From positions 1 to 64,000 of IMG/VR virus record IMGVR_UViG_3300011008_000032: 64,000 bases of DNA, one strand, 5' to 3'. The notes under the pieces were generated by a model that worked only from the letters and a program-made list of their open reading frames with translations, was not told the origin of the DNA and ran no database searches. The position numbers and the translations under genes were made by a program. This DNA comes from a virus (taxonomy: Duplodnaviria; Caudoviricetes). Positions 9,192-17,971 of the stretch are shown here, one piece after another (position 1 is the first letter of the stretch; every line of letters begins with the position of its first letter).

Positions 9192-9467
9192 TTATGCAAC
9201 CACATTCAAATAAGTCCTTGTGCTATATACATCATCAAAATCTACATATGCTTCGTAATCGCTAAACGCACAATTTTTCCCTTCATAATTCCCGTATTCC
9301 TTTATTTCTTCCTTTATTCTTTCTATCCGTTCCTCTGTAAAACCAGCTTCTCTTAACAGATCATAGAACAATTTTTTAATCCGTTTCTCTGGAGCTTTTG
9401 AATTATATATTCTTCTACCAGCATCCTGTAGACAGCAGCCAGTTGATTCTCTTAGGATATATGCCAT
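9192..9467 (-). CDS. hypothetical phage protein
   Basis: 91-aa ORF, GGAGGTG RBS. Confidence 0.75.
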   Translation of the reverse strand: MAYILRESTGCCLQDAGRRIYNSKAPEKRIKKLFYDLLREAGFTEERIERIKEEIKEYGNYEGKNCAFSDYEAYVDFDDVYSTRTYLNVVA

Positions 9468-9480
9468 ATTTACACCTCCC

Positions 9481-9678
9481 TTAAAATGTTTCTCCTCTTA
9501 ATATTTCATCTACTGTATGAGCAGCCCCTTTAAGTAATTCGATCTCTGTAGTATATCCGTTTCCAGATTTTGCAAACAAATCAGCAAGTTTTTCAAGCGT
9601 GTTTCTTGTAATTCTCAACTCTGTTTTATCCGTATCAGAGTCATATGTAATCTTTGCCCTAATTTCAACGTCAAACAT
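9481..9678 (-). CDS. hypothetical phage protein
   Basis: 65-aa ORF with RBS. Confidence 0.7.
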   Translation of the reverse strand: MFDVEIRAKITYDSDTDKTELRITRNTLEKLADLFAKSGNGYTTEIELLKGAAHTVDEILRGETF

Positions 9679-9727
9679 TTTATTTATCTTCCTTTCAAAT
9701 ATTCGTTTTATTCAATCACATTCCATC

Positions 9728-10171
9728 TTATCTCAAAAGTAAAGGATTGTTTTTAATTTCTTCTTTTATATATTCTATGTCTTTCTTTTGTTTATTAGCC
9801 TGCCCATTATAATAACGAGCTTGATTTCTATTTGTGTAATAGTTTTCAAACGCATTAAACAATGTATCACCAACACTTTCATCAATTATTTTCCAATCCG
9901 AATTCCATAGATCACATTCTTTTATTCGTTCTATAACTCCCTGGATTGTATAATCAATATCTCTTATAAGTTTGGTTTCCATCCACTGACCACCATTGCC
10001 ATCCTCAAAATCATAATAGTCGGTCATCCAATAATCTACATAACCATTTTCTATATCATCATCTAATAGATTTGTTCCACTTCCTTCAGCTATACGGAAT
10101 ATTGTTTCGTCATTCCAAAGATATAATACATCTGAAGGATAATCATTCCATTTTGTATTAAGATCAATCAT
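9728..10171 (-). CDS. hypothetical phage protein
   Basis: 147-aa ORF. Confidence 0.75.
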   Translation of the reverse strand: MIDLNTKWNDYPSDVLYLWNDETIFRIAEGSGTNLLDDDIENGYVDYWMTDYYDFEDGNGGQWMETKLIRDIDYTIQGVIERIKECDLWNSDWKIIDESVGDTLFNAFENYYTNRNQARYYNGQANKQKKDIEYIKEEIKNNPLLLR

Positions 10172-10776
10172 TTTAATTTCATCCTCCTTTCATATTCATC
10201 GTCAGCATCTTTGTCGTCGTAGTATTTATAAACAAGTTCCAACGGCAAAGGTGTATCTTTCCAGCGTTTCCACATTAGATACTCGCACCAATTAGGCTCA
10301 ACTTCCAGATCACCCCAACTAGGACTTTCCCACATATCTGCATATGGATTAGCATCACTTATAATTATTTCCTTTCCATACTCTGCATATATCTTTACAC
10401 AAATTTGATCCACAACAACTCTCTTAGCTAATCTCGTTAACCACTTTTGAAACTCTCTATATGTTTCATCAAACTCTCTGTCTCTAAGATTCCCAACTAC
10501 TGTTAATAAGTAGTCTTCTTCCATATTAAACCAACCTTTACGAGATCTATTTCCGTACCAATCTTTTCCTTTGTCTGTTCGCATATCAAACTCATCACAC
10601 GAACAACTACTACCAGCACCTCCGCCTACATTAATATGTATTTCCATATCACCTTCAGATCCAGTAACAAGTGGAAGATGTTCTAACACTGTTTCAAGGA
10701 TATATCTTTTCTCCGGCTGAGTTCTTCCCATGGGAGAAACTCTTAAAGTACCAATTACATGAGTCCAATGTGACAT
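10168..10776 (-). CDS. hypothetical phage protein
   Basis: 202-aa ORF (MSHWTHV..., LPLVTGSEG), AAGGAG RBS. Confidence 0.8.
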   Translation of the reverse strand: MSHWTHVIGTLRVSPMGRTQPEKRYILETVLEHLPLVTGSEGDMEIHINVGGGAGSSCSCDEFDMRTDKGKDWYGNRSRKGWFNMEEDYLLTVVGNLRDREFDETYREFQKWLTRLAKRVVVDQICVKIYAEYGKEIIISDANPYADMWESPSWGDLEVEPNWCEYLMWKRWKDTPLPLELVYKYYDDKDADDEYERRMKLK

Positions 10777-10789
10777 ATTAATTTCTCCT

Positions 10790-11446
10790 TTAAATATGAC
10801 AATCTACTACTGTTACGTTTATCTTTTCAGGTAAGGATTCAACAAATCTTTTAAATGAATCTACATATTCATCTTTATCTTTCTCATTAGTAACAATACC
10901 CCACCAACCCATTCTTCCTCTTTCATACCATCTACCGTATGAATCGACGAAAGCAAAAGGAGCAGGTGTTTTATCCCAATCAATTTCAGAAACATAATCT
11001 TCGTTTGTATTTTCACCTTCTTTAGTTATTAAACAATCTTTCCATCTGCCACCATTATCATCATACCAATCCCATTTAGAATTAGGATTATAAGTACTCC
11101 ATAAATTACCTTCGCTATCCACTTCGTCTTCATCGTAATATTGACTTAGATATTCAAAACATTCTTCGTCAGACCAGTTAAGTTTTTTAGGAAAGTCTTC
11201 TTCTAAATATTTTATATGATCTTTATTGTTATATCTTTTTTTATAAGATTCCGGATCATTTAAGAACTCTTTATATGTACTATTTTTATAATCCTCAATA
11301 TCTTCCCTGACTTCCTGAATTGCCTGTTGTTTAGTATATTTAATATACGGAGCAACAATTATTTCTTCGTTATAAGGTGCAAGTAATGACTCAACATCAC
11401 GATCACTATCTTCATTAGTAAATACATAAACTGCAAAATGACTCAT
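10790..11446 (-). CDS. hypothetical phage protein (YNPNSKWDWY..GGRW motif)
   Basis: 218-aa ORF, AAGGAG RBS. Confidence 0.8.
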   Translation of the reverse strand: MSHFAVYVFTNEDSDRDVESLLAPYNEEIIVAPYIKYTKQQAIQEVREDIEDYKNSTYKEFLNDPESYKKRYNNKDHIKYLEEDFPKKLNWSDEECFEYLSQYYDEDEVDSEGNLWSTYNPNSKWDWYDDNGGRWKDCLITKEGENTNEDYVSEIDWDKTPAPFAFVDSYGRWYERGRMGWWGIVTNEKDKDEYVDSFKRFVESLPEKINVTVVDCHI

Positions 11447-11483
11447 ATTATAATCTCCTTTTTAAATTTAATTATTTATTTCC

Positions 11484-11993
11484 CTACGCAGCAAGTGAAT
11501 CAATCCACTTAAGAAATCCTGCTTCAAACTCCGGGAACTCTTTTATAAATTGTTCCAGATCACGGATTCTTGGAACTTTAATATTATTTCTATTATCCTC
11601 ATGTACTGCCTGAACAACACTTCCATTCGTCCAGAAGTCATAAGAACCACAAGCACCACCATTATTAATACCAATATACTTATAGACACCACTTTCATAG
11701 ATTCTTATTAATCCGACGTGATGACGGATTCCATCAGCAATAAATTCGTAGGGATATCCCCATTCCTTTCCGGCATCATAGTCCATAGATATTCTTTTTT
11801 CAGGAATTTTAATTTTATTTTCTATACAAGTATTTGCAAGTAGAAGGATTGTTTCAATTCGTTTTTTCATACCTTTAACTATATTTATTAATTCATTTCT
11901 TCTTGTCTCTTCCGCATTAGCTGCCTCTTGTTTTTCTCTATCATTTTTAATTGCCTTGTTTTTAATAATTGCAATTCTGTCTTCAGTATTCAT
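11484..11993 (-). CDS. hypothetical phage protein
   Basis: 169-aa ORF with AGGAG RBS. Confidence 0.75.
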   Translation of the reverse strand: MNTEDRIAIIKNKAIKNDREKQEAANAEETRRNELINIVKGMKKRIETILLLANTCIENKIKIPEKRISMDYDAGKEWGYPYEFIADGIRHHVGLIRIYESGVYKYIGINNGGACGSYDFWTNGSVVQAVHEDNRNNIKVPRIRDLEQFIKEFPEFEAGFLKWIDSLAA

Positions 11994-12002
11994 ACGATTC
12001 TC

Positions 12003-12266
12003 CTATCTAAAATATTCCTGAACGGCCTCTGCAGTTAAATCATATTCAATTTCCGTTAGATACGAATATGATCTGAGGAATTCTTCTTTTGTTAGAAGAA
12101 AGAAATCTCTCATCTTTTCCTTATCGTCTGTGAAATCTGTTAACTTTTGCTTTGACTTATACAATTCTGTCAAAGCCCCAACAAGTATGTCTTTCGTATC
12201 ATTATCAACTCCGGTTTCCTCTATGAACCCGAGCAATAATAAGTAACACTGAAAAAGATTTGTCAT
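12003..12266 (-). CDS. hypothetical phage protein
   Basis: 87-aa ORF, AGGAGG RBS. Confidence 0.7.
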   Translation of the reverse strand: MTNLFQCYLLLLGFIEETGVDNDTKDILVGALTELYKSKQKLTDFTDDKEKMRDFFLLTKEEFLRSYSYLTEIEYDLTAEAVQEYFR

Positions 12267-12562
12267 ACATCCGTCCTCCTAAACCCTATGCCATCTACAT
12301 AAAACCATTCTCTGTGATTGCATTCGTCTATTCCACATATTAAATCAGACACACTCATACTTTCCGAATGATAATCCTCGGGATGATTTATATTAAACTT
12401 TTCAAATAATTGTTCAAGCATTCGGTTGTTTAATTTATCTCCCTTTATTTCTCCAGAATAAACCATCACATAATCTGCAATTTCCACTGTATGTTTTATA
12501 TGGTCATATGAAACATACTTATTAGGATCATTCGGTGGGAGTTTCCATATTTCATACTTCAT
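12263..12562 (-). CDS. YodL-like domain protein
   Basis: VYSGEI....LEQLFEKFNINHPEDYHSESMSVSDLI and WFYVDGIGF match the YodL pattern. Confidence 0.75.
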   Translation of the reverse strand: MKYEIWKLPPNDPNKYVSYDHIKHTVEIADYVMVYSGEIKGDKLNNRMLEQLFEKFNINHPEDYHSESMSVSDLICGIDECNHREWFYVDGIGFRRTDV

Positions 12563-12564
12563 AA

Positions 12565-12852
12565 TTAATCCTCCATTGTCTTACAATCACTTACTACTCC
12601 TCCGCAATAAAGACCTCCGCTTCTATAAGCACCGGCCATTCTTCGAAGAAAACACGACATAAGATCCTTAAAGTTTTTATCACTCGTGTACCATTCATCT
12701 ATCTTTCCATAATCTAAATCTCCGTATGGAATATCTCCATCAGCTACGCCTCCCATTAGCCAGCCATCAAATACGTCTTCATCATTTATCTGTCTTGCTA
12801 TATACTCCATACATACAACCATCTTTGCTCGTTCAATTGTTTTCTTATCCAT
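12565..12852 (-). CDS. hypothetical phage protein
   Basis: Probable start MDKKTIER behind GGAGG. Confidence 0.65.
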   Translation of the reverse strand: MDKKTIERAKMVVCMEYIARQINDEDVFDGWLMGGVADGDIPYGDLDYGKIDEWYTSDKNFKDLMSCFLRRMAGAYRSGGLYCGGVVSDCKTMED

Positions 12853-12865
12853 AATCAATCCTCCA

Positions 12866-13060
12866 TTAATCAACGAATAACTCACGCATATAATTCAACA
12901 ATCCATTTTCTGATTTATCTTCTTTGTACTCGTTCCAGTCATTCCAATCCATATAATTAATTTCCGTATTCAGTTGTAATATTTTCTGAAACATTTCATA
13001 TGTTTCATCTGACACTTCATTGATTATCAATGCTAATGCCTCTTTTAATCGTTCTCCCAT
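12866..13060 (-). CDS. hypothetical phage protein
   Basis: Probable start MGERLKEAL behind AAGGAG. Confidence 0.6.
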   Translation of the reverse strand: MGERLKEALALIINEVSDETYEMFQKILQLNTEINYMDWNDWNEYKEDKSENGLLNYMRELFVD

Positions 13061-13219
13061 ATTTATCTCCTTGGTAAATAATATACCCAATACTTTCCAA
13101 TTAACTCTTGCGGTGATACTATGAAGAATGTATAAGCATGTCTCTGCGGATCCTTTAATAGATCCGCATAACATCTCATCATCTTTTCTTTCGTGTTATA
13201 CTCACAAAACTGAAACATA

Positions 13220-13486
13220 TTATTTCTCCTTTATGAGTTTTCCGATTACATCGTAGAGTTCTTCGAGTTCTTCTCCGGTCAAACCAATGCCTTTTCCACA
13301 CTTTTCATTTCCGTCTTCATCCTCACTCCATAATCTCAAATCATATTTAGGATCACGATCATTCCAAGACAGATAGCGCAGCTTAACGGTTCCGCCTTTT
13401 GCTCTTGGTGTGAGTTCTCCACACTCTTCAAGAACTTTATAATTGATTTCCTTATTATCTGATGTACCGCTCTTCTTAATTGCCAC
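13220..13486 (-). CDS. YdbC/PC4-like single-stranded DNA-binding protein
   Basis: KLRYLSWNDRDPKYDLRLWS...GKGIGLTGEELEEL is the PC4/YdbC signature. Confidence 0.85.
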   Translation of the reverse strand: MAIKKSGTSDNKEINYKVLEECGELTPRAKGGTVKLRYLSWNDRDPKYDLRLWSEDEDGNEKCGKGIGLTGEELEELYDVIGKLIKEK

Positions 13487-13498
13487 AATTTTTCCTCC

Positions 13499-14017
13499 TT
13501 ATATATTGTTGATCTGGCTTGCTATCATATCTGCCGTATGAGTATAAAGAACATTAGGATATTTATTTACAGCCTTGCTGTAATATTTCCATTCTTCTTT
13601 ATCAGTAAAGGCTCCCATATGAAACCGAATACAATACATTTCCTCTTCGGTTAATTGCATATGTCCGGATAACATTATTACTGACTTATCTCCATGGCCT
13701 CCCATTGTTTTGCTTTCATTATATTTCCATATCTCATGATCATCTTCCCAACCATCAGAAATATAATCATCACACTTACAAACATCGTGTAATAATCCAA
13801 CCAACATTGGACTTTCTTTTCGCTGCCAAACAAGTCCCAACTTTTCTGATAAACCACACAATGCCCTAGCAACTTCAACACAATGTAAATATAAATCTCC
13901 GTTGTTTGCTCCATGATGATGTATGGATGCCGGCTTATCATAGAAACCTATTGACTTTAACCACATCTCACAATCTTCTGTAATGATATCCGGAAGCATT
14001 TCTTGAACACTTAACAT
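13499..14017 (-). CDS. HD-domain phosphohydrolase
   Basis: PASIHHHG...LYLHC..VA, LLHDVCKCD, IRFHMG, HTADM. Confidence 0.85.
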   Translation of the reverse strand: MLSVQEMLPDIITEDCEMWLKSIGFYDKPASIHHHGANNGDLYLHCVEVARALCGLSEKLGLVWQRKESPMLVGLLHDVCKCDDYISDGWEDDHEIWKYNESKTMGGHGDKSVIMLSGHMQLTEEEMYCIRFHMGAFTDKEEWKYYSKAVNKYPNVLYTHTADMIASQINNI

Positions 14018-14137
14018 TAAATTACCTTACCTTTCCCATTAGACATATAATATGATTACGCTGCTTTCCAGTTAGTTTTAGTTTGTCTGCGTCTTTTAAC
14101 ATTAGGTGTAGACACAAATGATAAAATTTCTTTTTCA

Positions 14138-14407
14138 TTATGCTACCTTTCCACATTTAAGAAGATATTGTATAGGATCAGAAGCATTACACAATTCATA
14201 ATTGAACAGGGCGTTCTTTATTATGTGTGTCTTTTCTGCTCCAAGACCTTTCAATTTTTCAAGAGTGTCCTCTTCTATACGCTCTATCAAATCTCCTACT
14301 GTTGCAACGCTATTCCTTCGTAAAAGGTTTTCTACCGCCGTTGGAAGTTCAAGTTCCGCTATTGAATTATCATTAAGATTTTCATAAGTAATAATTGTTA
14401 CTGTCAT
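14138..14407 (-). CDS. stand-alone RNA polymerase alpha-subunit C-terminal-domain-like protein
   Basis: SIAELELPTAVENLLRRNSVATVGDLI...LEKLKGLGAEK aligns by eye to alphaCTD IEELxLSVRSxNCLKRAxIxTVxDL...NLGxKS. Confidence 0.75.
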   Translation of the reverse strand: MTVTIITYENLNDNSIAELELPTAVENLLRRNSVATVGDLIERIEEDTLEKLKGLGAEKTHIIKNALFNYELCNASDPIQYLLKCGKVA

Positions 14408-14408
14408 A

Positions 14409-14537
14409 TCAATCGTCCTCCATCCATTTCTTTTTACGTTTGTAATCTCTCTTGTTCTTATGAATTCGTTCGCCTATATTAAAGGGAATTAAAACCCTTC
14501 GTTTCTTATCCTGCTCTCGTTTTTCTTTCTTTGTCAT
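14409..14537 (-). CDS. 42-aa highly basic microprotein (ArfA/BrfA-like appearance)
   Basis: MTKKEKREQDKKRRVLIPFNIGERIHKNKRDYKRKKKWMEDD; fills the gap exactly, but the RBS is about 14 nt from this ATG. Confidence 0.45.
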   Translation of the reverse strand: MTKKEKREQDKKRRVLIPFNIGERIHKNKRDYKRKKKWMEDD

Positions 14538-14543
14538 AGGTCA

Positions 14544-14837
14544 TTATGCAATCCTTTCTATTACATCACCTAATGTTGTGTCTTCAACAATCGTTACTCT
14601 CTCCTGATCTACATCTAAATATTTAGAAATACAAAACTTATAAGGTCGAGGTTCACCAAATACGCTTTCGTCATTAATATGCAAGCTTGACTTTATTGGT
14701 TTCCCAAGAATTTCATAGAAGTATTTATATACTCCAACAACTTCTCCTTCATAAGTTGCATACGGATGTATCATACTGTTACTCTTGTAATGTATCTTTT
14801 GCCCTATCTTTAAATCAATTCCCTTTTGTCCTACCAT
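14544..14837 (-). CDS. hypothetical phage protein
   Basis: 97-aa ORF. Confidence 0.7.
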   Translation of the reverse strand: MVGQKGIDLKIGQKIHYKSNSMIHPYATYEGEVVGVYKYFYEILGKPIKSSLHINDESVFGEPRPYKFCISKYLDVDQERVTIVEDTTLGDVIERIA

Positions 14838-15091
14838 GCGTACTCTCCTTGTTTTCTACGTAAACTTGTCATTATATTTGATGCCTCAATATTATTTTTT
14901 GCTTTAACGATTGCATCTAGAGTTTCATTTGTATATAACTTTGGATAGAAGTCTATAAAATCTTTTGCTGCATCATAAATATCAGCACGTTCATTTAATT
15001 CTTCGAGAGCTTTTATTTTCTCTTCTCCCTTAAGTTTACAGATCTTATTGTATGCTTCCTTAAACGCACCAGTCCTTAGATCTTTCCGCAT
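14831..15091 (-). CDS. hypothetical phage protein
   Basis: 86-aa ORF. Confidence 0.7.
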   Translation of the reverse strand: MRKDLRTGAFKEAYNKICKLKGEEKIKALEELNERADIYDAAKDFIDFYPKLYTNETLDAIVKAKNNIEASNIMTSLRRKQGEYAW

Positions 15092-15294
15092 TTTCTACAT
15101 TCCTTTCTATTTAGTATAAGTTTGTGTTCCTTAATTAATCGTCTCGCTATTGGTTCTTGTATAACCTGCGGTATTACACAAGTCTCCACGCCATTTCTCT
15201 TATAAATTAAGTGACCACCATGCTGTCTCACAAAAGTGAAACCGTTTGATTCGAGAATTCGATTGAATTCAAATCTCGTATATCTCTTCATCAT
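15076..15294 (-). CDS. HicA-family (dsRBD-fold) mRNase toxin-like protein
   Basis: RILESNGFTFVRQHGGHLIYKR...VIP contains the HicA GxH motif. Confidence 0.75.
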   Translation of the reverse strand: MMKRYTRFEFNRILESNGFTFVRQHGGHLIYKRNGVETCVIPQVIQEPIARRLIKEHKLILNRKECRKCGKI

Positions 15295-16106
15295 CTCACC
15301 TCCGTTATAGTTCCGTTTTCATATAGATAAGGGTGATCACTAAGTATCTCATCAGGCATTACCTCAGTTGCATTGATTTCTTTAATCATCTCTACCATAT
15401 ACTGAGTATTAGGATTCTTTTCTTCATCATCTCTTATTAAGATCAGCTCGTGAATGCTCGAAGGAAGAATAAGAATTCTCTTTCCAATTGTTTCTTCATA
15501 ACCGTTAAAGAGATCCGGGAAGAGCAAGGCAGACGATCCGTACTTCATATCCACAGTAGATAAAACATACATTTCATTTCTCATAGCCCCAGGCATAGGA
15601 ATGATATCCGCCATATCCTTCAGACTAATTTTGTTAGCCATATTTTTCTTAGACTGTTCGAATAAATCTTCTTCAGTAATACCCCACTTGTCGAGATGTT
15701 CTTTCTTTATTGTGATTGCAAAATCTCCGTTAATTGCCTTGTAATATACATTGAGATCAAGGTATTTTCTTGTTGCCATATCTTCCATAAGGCCACCTGA
15801 AAGATATGGTATTATACTCTTCTTAATGTTTTCGTAATTCACAAAATCATTTACCCAATCATTAAACATATCAGGAGATATTTCGTTTTCCTTATACACC
15901 CTGACTATATAACTAGCTATATTTTCTATGCTGGCATCAGTATCAAAGTCTGGATACATATTTACCCGCACCCTTCCTTCTCCTAAAACAACTCCAATTC
16001 GTTCGTCTCCGTTCTTATTTACTATTGTTATTTCTGCCTGATATCCTCTGTTGTTAAGAACCTCTGCTACCATATTTGCTTTCTCTAACATTTTTGCTGT
16101 GTACAT
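15291..16106 (-). CDS. DUF5688-like protein
   Basis: MYVLST...YGSSALL...LILPSSIHELILI...MIKEINATEV..DEILSDHPYLY. Confidence 0.75.
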   Translation of the reverse strand: MYTAKMLEKANMVAEVLNNRGYQAEITIVNKNGDERIGVVLGEGRVRVNMYPDFDTDASIENIASYIVRVYKENEISPDMFNDWVNDFVNYENIKKSIIPYLSGGLMEDMATRKYLDLNVYYKAINGDFAITIKKEHLDKWGITEEDLFEQSKKNMANKISLKDMADIIPMPGAMRNEMYVLSTVDMKYGSSALLFPDLFNGYEETIGKRILILPSSIHELILIRDDEEKNPNTQYMVEMIKEINATEVMPDEILSDHPYLYENGTITEVR

Positions 16107-16124
16107 ATTAATTTTCCTCCTTAA

Positions 16125-16277
16125 TTAGTTTTCATCTACGCCTAAACCACAACAGTTCCTACACATTTCATCCTCATATCCCATATACGTATCAGCATAT
16201 GGACAGATGTAATGTGTTATTTCTTTTCCGGTTTCCTGATCATATTCAGTTACCGGATCATCACACGGTGTATGCAT
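16125..16277 (-). CDS. 50-aa Cys-rich microprotein
   Basis: MHTPCDDP...ICPYADTYMGYEDEMCRNCCGLGVDEN; AAGGAG RBS. Confidence 0.6.
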   Translation of the reverse strand: MHTPCDDPVTEYDQETGKEITHYICPYADTYMGYEDEMCRNCCGLGVDEN

Positions 16278-16295
16278 TATCTTTAATTTCTCCTT

Positions 16296-16958
16296 TTAAT
16301 AAAATGTACCTACATCATCAAAGTTCCATACCATTTCTTCATTATAGTTTTCTCTGAATTTTTCTTCAGATATATTTTTCTCTTCTGTATCAATATCATC
16401 TACTTCCCAATCTCCATCTTCATCAGGTTCAATATTATGTATATAATCAATATAACCATCTGCATTATATACATTCACATCTTCGTCTGACGGAACTACT
16501 ATCTTTACTGTGGCTCTCTGTTCTCTAATCAACTTAACTTCTATTACATTGTATGATGTAGGATAAAGAATTTCTTTTACATTATATAATTCTGCTTCAT
16601 CTTTTATAAGTTTAAGCTGCTCTAATATAGTTTTCTTATCATCTTCTGCAAGATTTTCTACAAGTGCTGCTATTGCGTTTGAAGCAATAGTTTTTGTTCT
16701 ATCGTGAGCATTCTTTTCTTTGAAAAGATTATTCAAAGGGTTTTCTATATCGTATAAATCCAAGATCGCCTTCTTTAATGCCTCTTCCTGGGTGACATCT
16801 CCATATATATCATAATAATGTCCCCAATCCCATCGTAAACCGATTTCTTTTGACTCATCATAGTTAGTGACCGCTGCATACTTTATTACTCTGCCTTCGT
16901 TTTCAATTTCCACTACACTTCTCTGACCATACCTTACAATCTCTCTTGTTTTGTCCAT
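16296..16958 (-). CDS. hypothetical phage protein
   Basis: 220-aa ORF, AGGAGG RBS, first gene after promoter 16981-17009. Confidence 0.8.
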   Translation of the reverse strand: MDKTREIVRYGQRSVVEIENEGRVIKYAAVTNYDESKEIGLRWDWGHYYDIYGDVTQEEALKKAILDLYDIENPLNNLFKEKNAHDRTKTIASNAIAALVENLAEDDKKTILEQLKLIKDEAELYNVKEILYPTSYNVIEVKLIREQRATVKIVVPSDEDVNVYNADGYIDYIHNIEPDEDGDWEVDDIDTEEKNISEEKFRENYNEEMVWNFDDVGTFY

Positions 16959-16980
16959 ATTTTTCCTCCTAATGATTTGA

Positions 16981-17009
16981 ATTATACTATCTTATTTTAA
17001 TTTTGTCAA
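16981..17009 (-). promoter_or_regulatory. consensus sigmaA promoter TTGACA-17-TATAAT carrying TACTTGACAAAATTA element
   Basis: Reverse complement TTGACA aaattaaaataagatag TATAAT. Confidence 0.85.
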
Positions 17010-17014
17010 GTATT

Positions 17015-17953
17015 TTAATAGATATAATAATCTATTATGTCATTCCAGCATATATCGGGGTTATTCACAAAGAAATTATACATACATTCTGCTTCAGATT
17101 CTCCACCAATCGTTACATTTACTTCCTCCTTTGTCTTTGGATCTAAGTATCCTATTTCCATACCAGATATTACTACGTCACACAAGTCTCTATAATAACT
17201 TTCGTCTATATAGTATCTACTATCTCTATAATATATTCTCGGTATGAATTCGTACTGATCACAATCTTTAATATCAAGAAGTTTCTTTATCACTTCGATT
17301 GTGTTTAACATTTCCTCAAAGAGAACATACTCTTTAACCGTATGCTGTTTATAATATCCGCAACTTAAATTCACACTTGCAATTTCACAAGCGTCACTAA
17401 GTTCCACAATATCTGTAAAAGAACCTTGGGCCTCTACATAACCGGTAGTTTCTGTTATAAACTTTGTGAATGCCGGATTATCACAGTCATAGAATACCGC
17501 ATCATTTTCATTTGCACGATCAAGTTCTATAAGATATTTCATTTCTCTTAAGTCATTTATATACTTCGTCTTACAGAACTTAGTCGCACCGACACTTCCG
17601 GTTTCCTCATCTTCACAGAACAAAATACTCGGTCGGTATCCATCACGAATGAGTTTAGTTATCATATAGATTCCACATCTATCATCGCCTCCTATGCCAT
17701 CTTTACTCTGAATACGTGTCTTCCCTTTATAGCTGTGCATTACATAACTATTACATTGTACCTTATGTACGGTATCCATATGTGCGGTTACAAGATAAGG
17801 TATTTTTCCTTTTGCATACAGGAAACCATCTCCATCTATTACTTTATAACGATTACTTAATAAGAAATCTTTTAAGTATTTTTTCAAATCCATTTGCGGT
17901 TTATAACACAGTGCTACAAACTTATTGATTTCCTTCTTAATGTTTTGATCCAT
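17015..17953 (-). CDS. M28/M20-family zinc peptidase-like protein
   Basis: LVTAHMDTVH, GGDDRCG, FCEDEETG, IELDR, GYYKQH metal-ligand motifs. Confidence 0.8.
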   Translation of the reverse strand: MDQNIKKEINKFVALCYKPQMDLKKYLKDFLLSNRYKVIDGDGFLYAKGKIPYLVTAHMDTVHKVQCNSYVMHSYKGKTRIQSKDGIGGDDRCGIYMITKLIRDGYRPSILFCEDEETGSVGATKFCKTKYINDLREMKYLIELDRANENDAVFYDCDNPAFTKFITETTGYVEAQGSFTDIVELSDACEIASVNLSCGYYKQHTVKEYVLFEEMLNTIEVIKKLLDIKDCDQYEFIPRIYYRDSRYYIDESYYRDLCDVVISGMEIGYLDPKTKEEVNVTIGGESEAECMYNFFVNNPDICWNDIIDYYIY

Positions 17954-17971
17954 GTATAATTCTCCTTTCTG

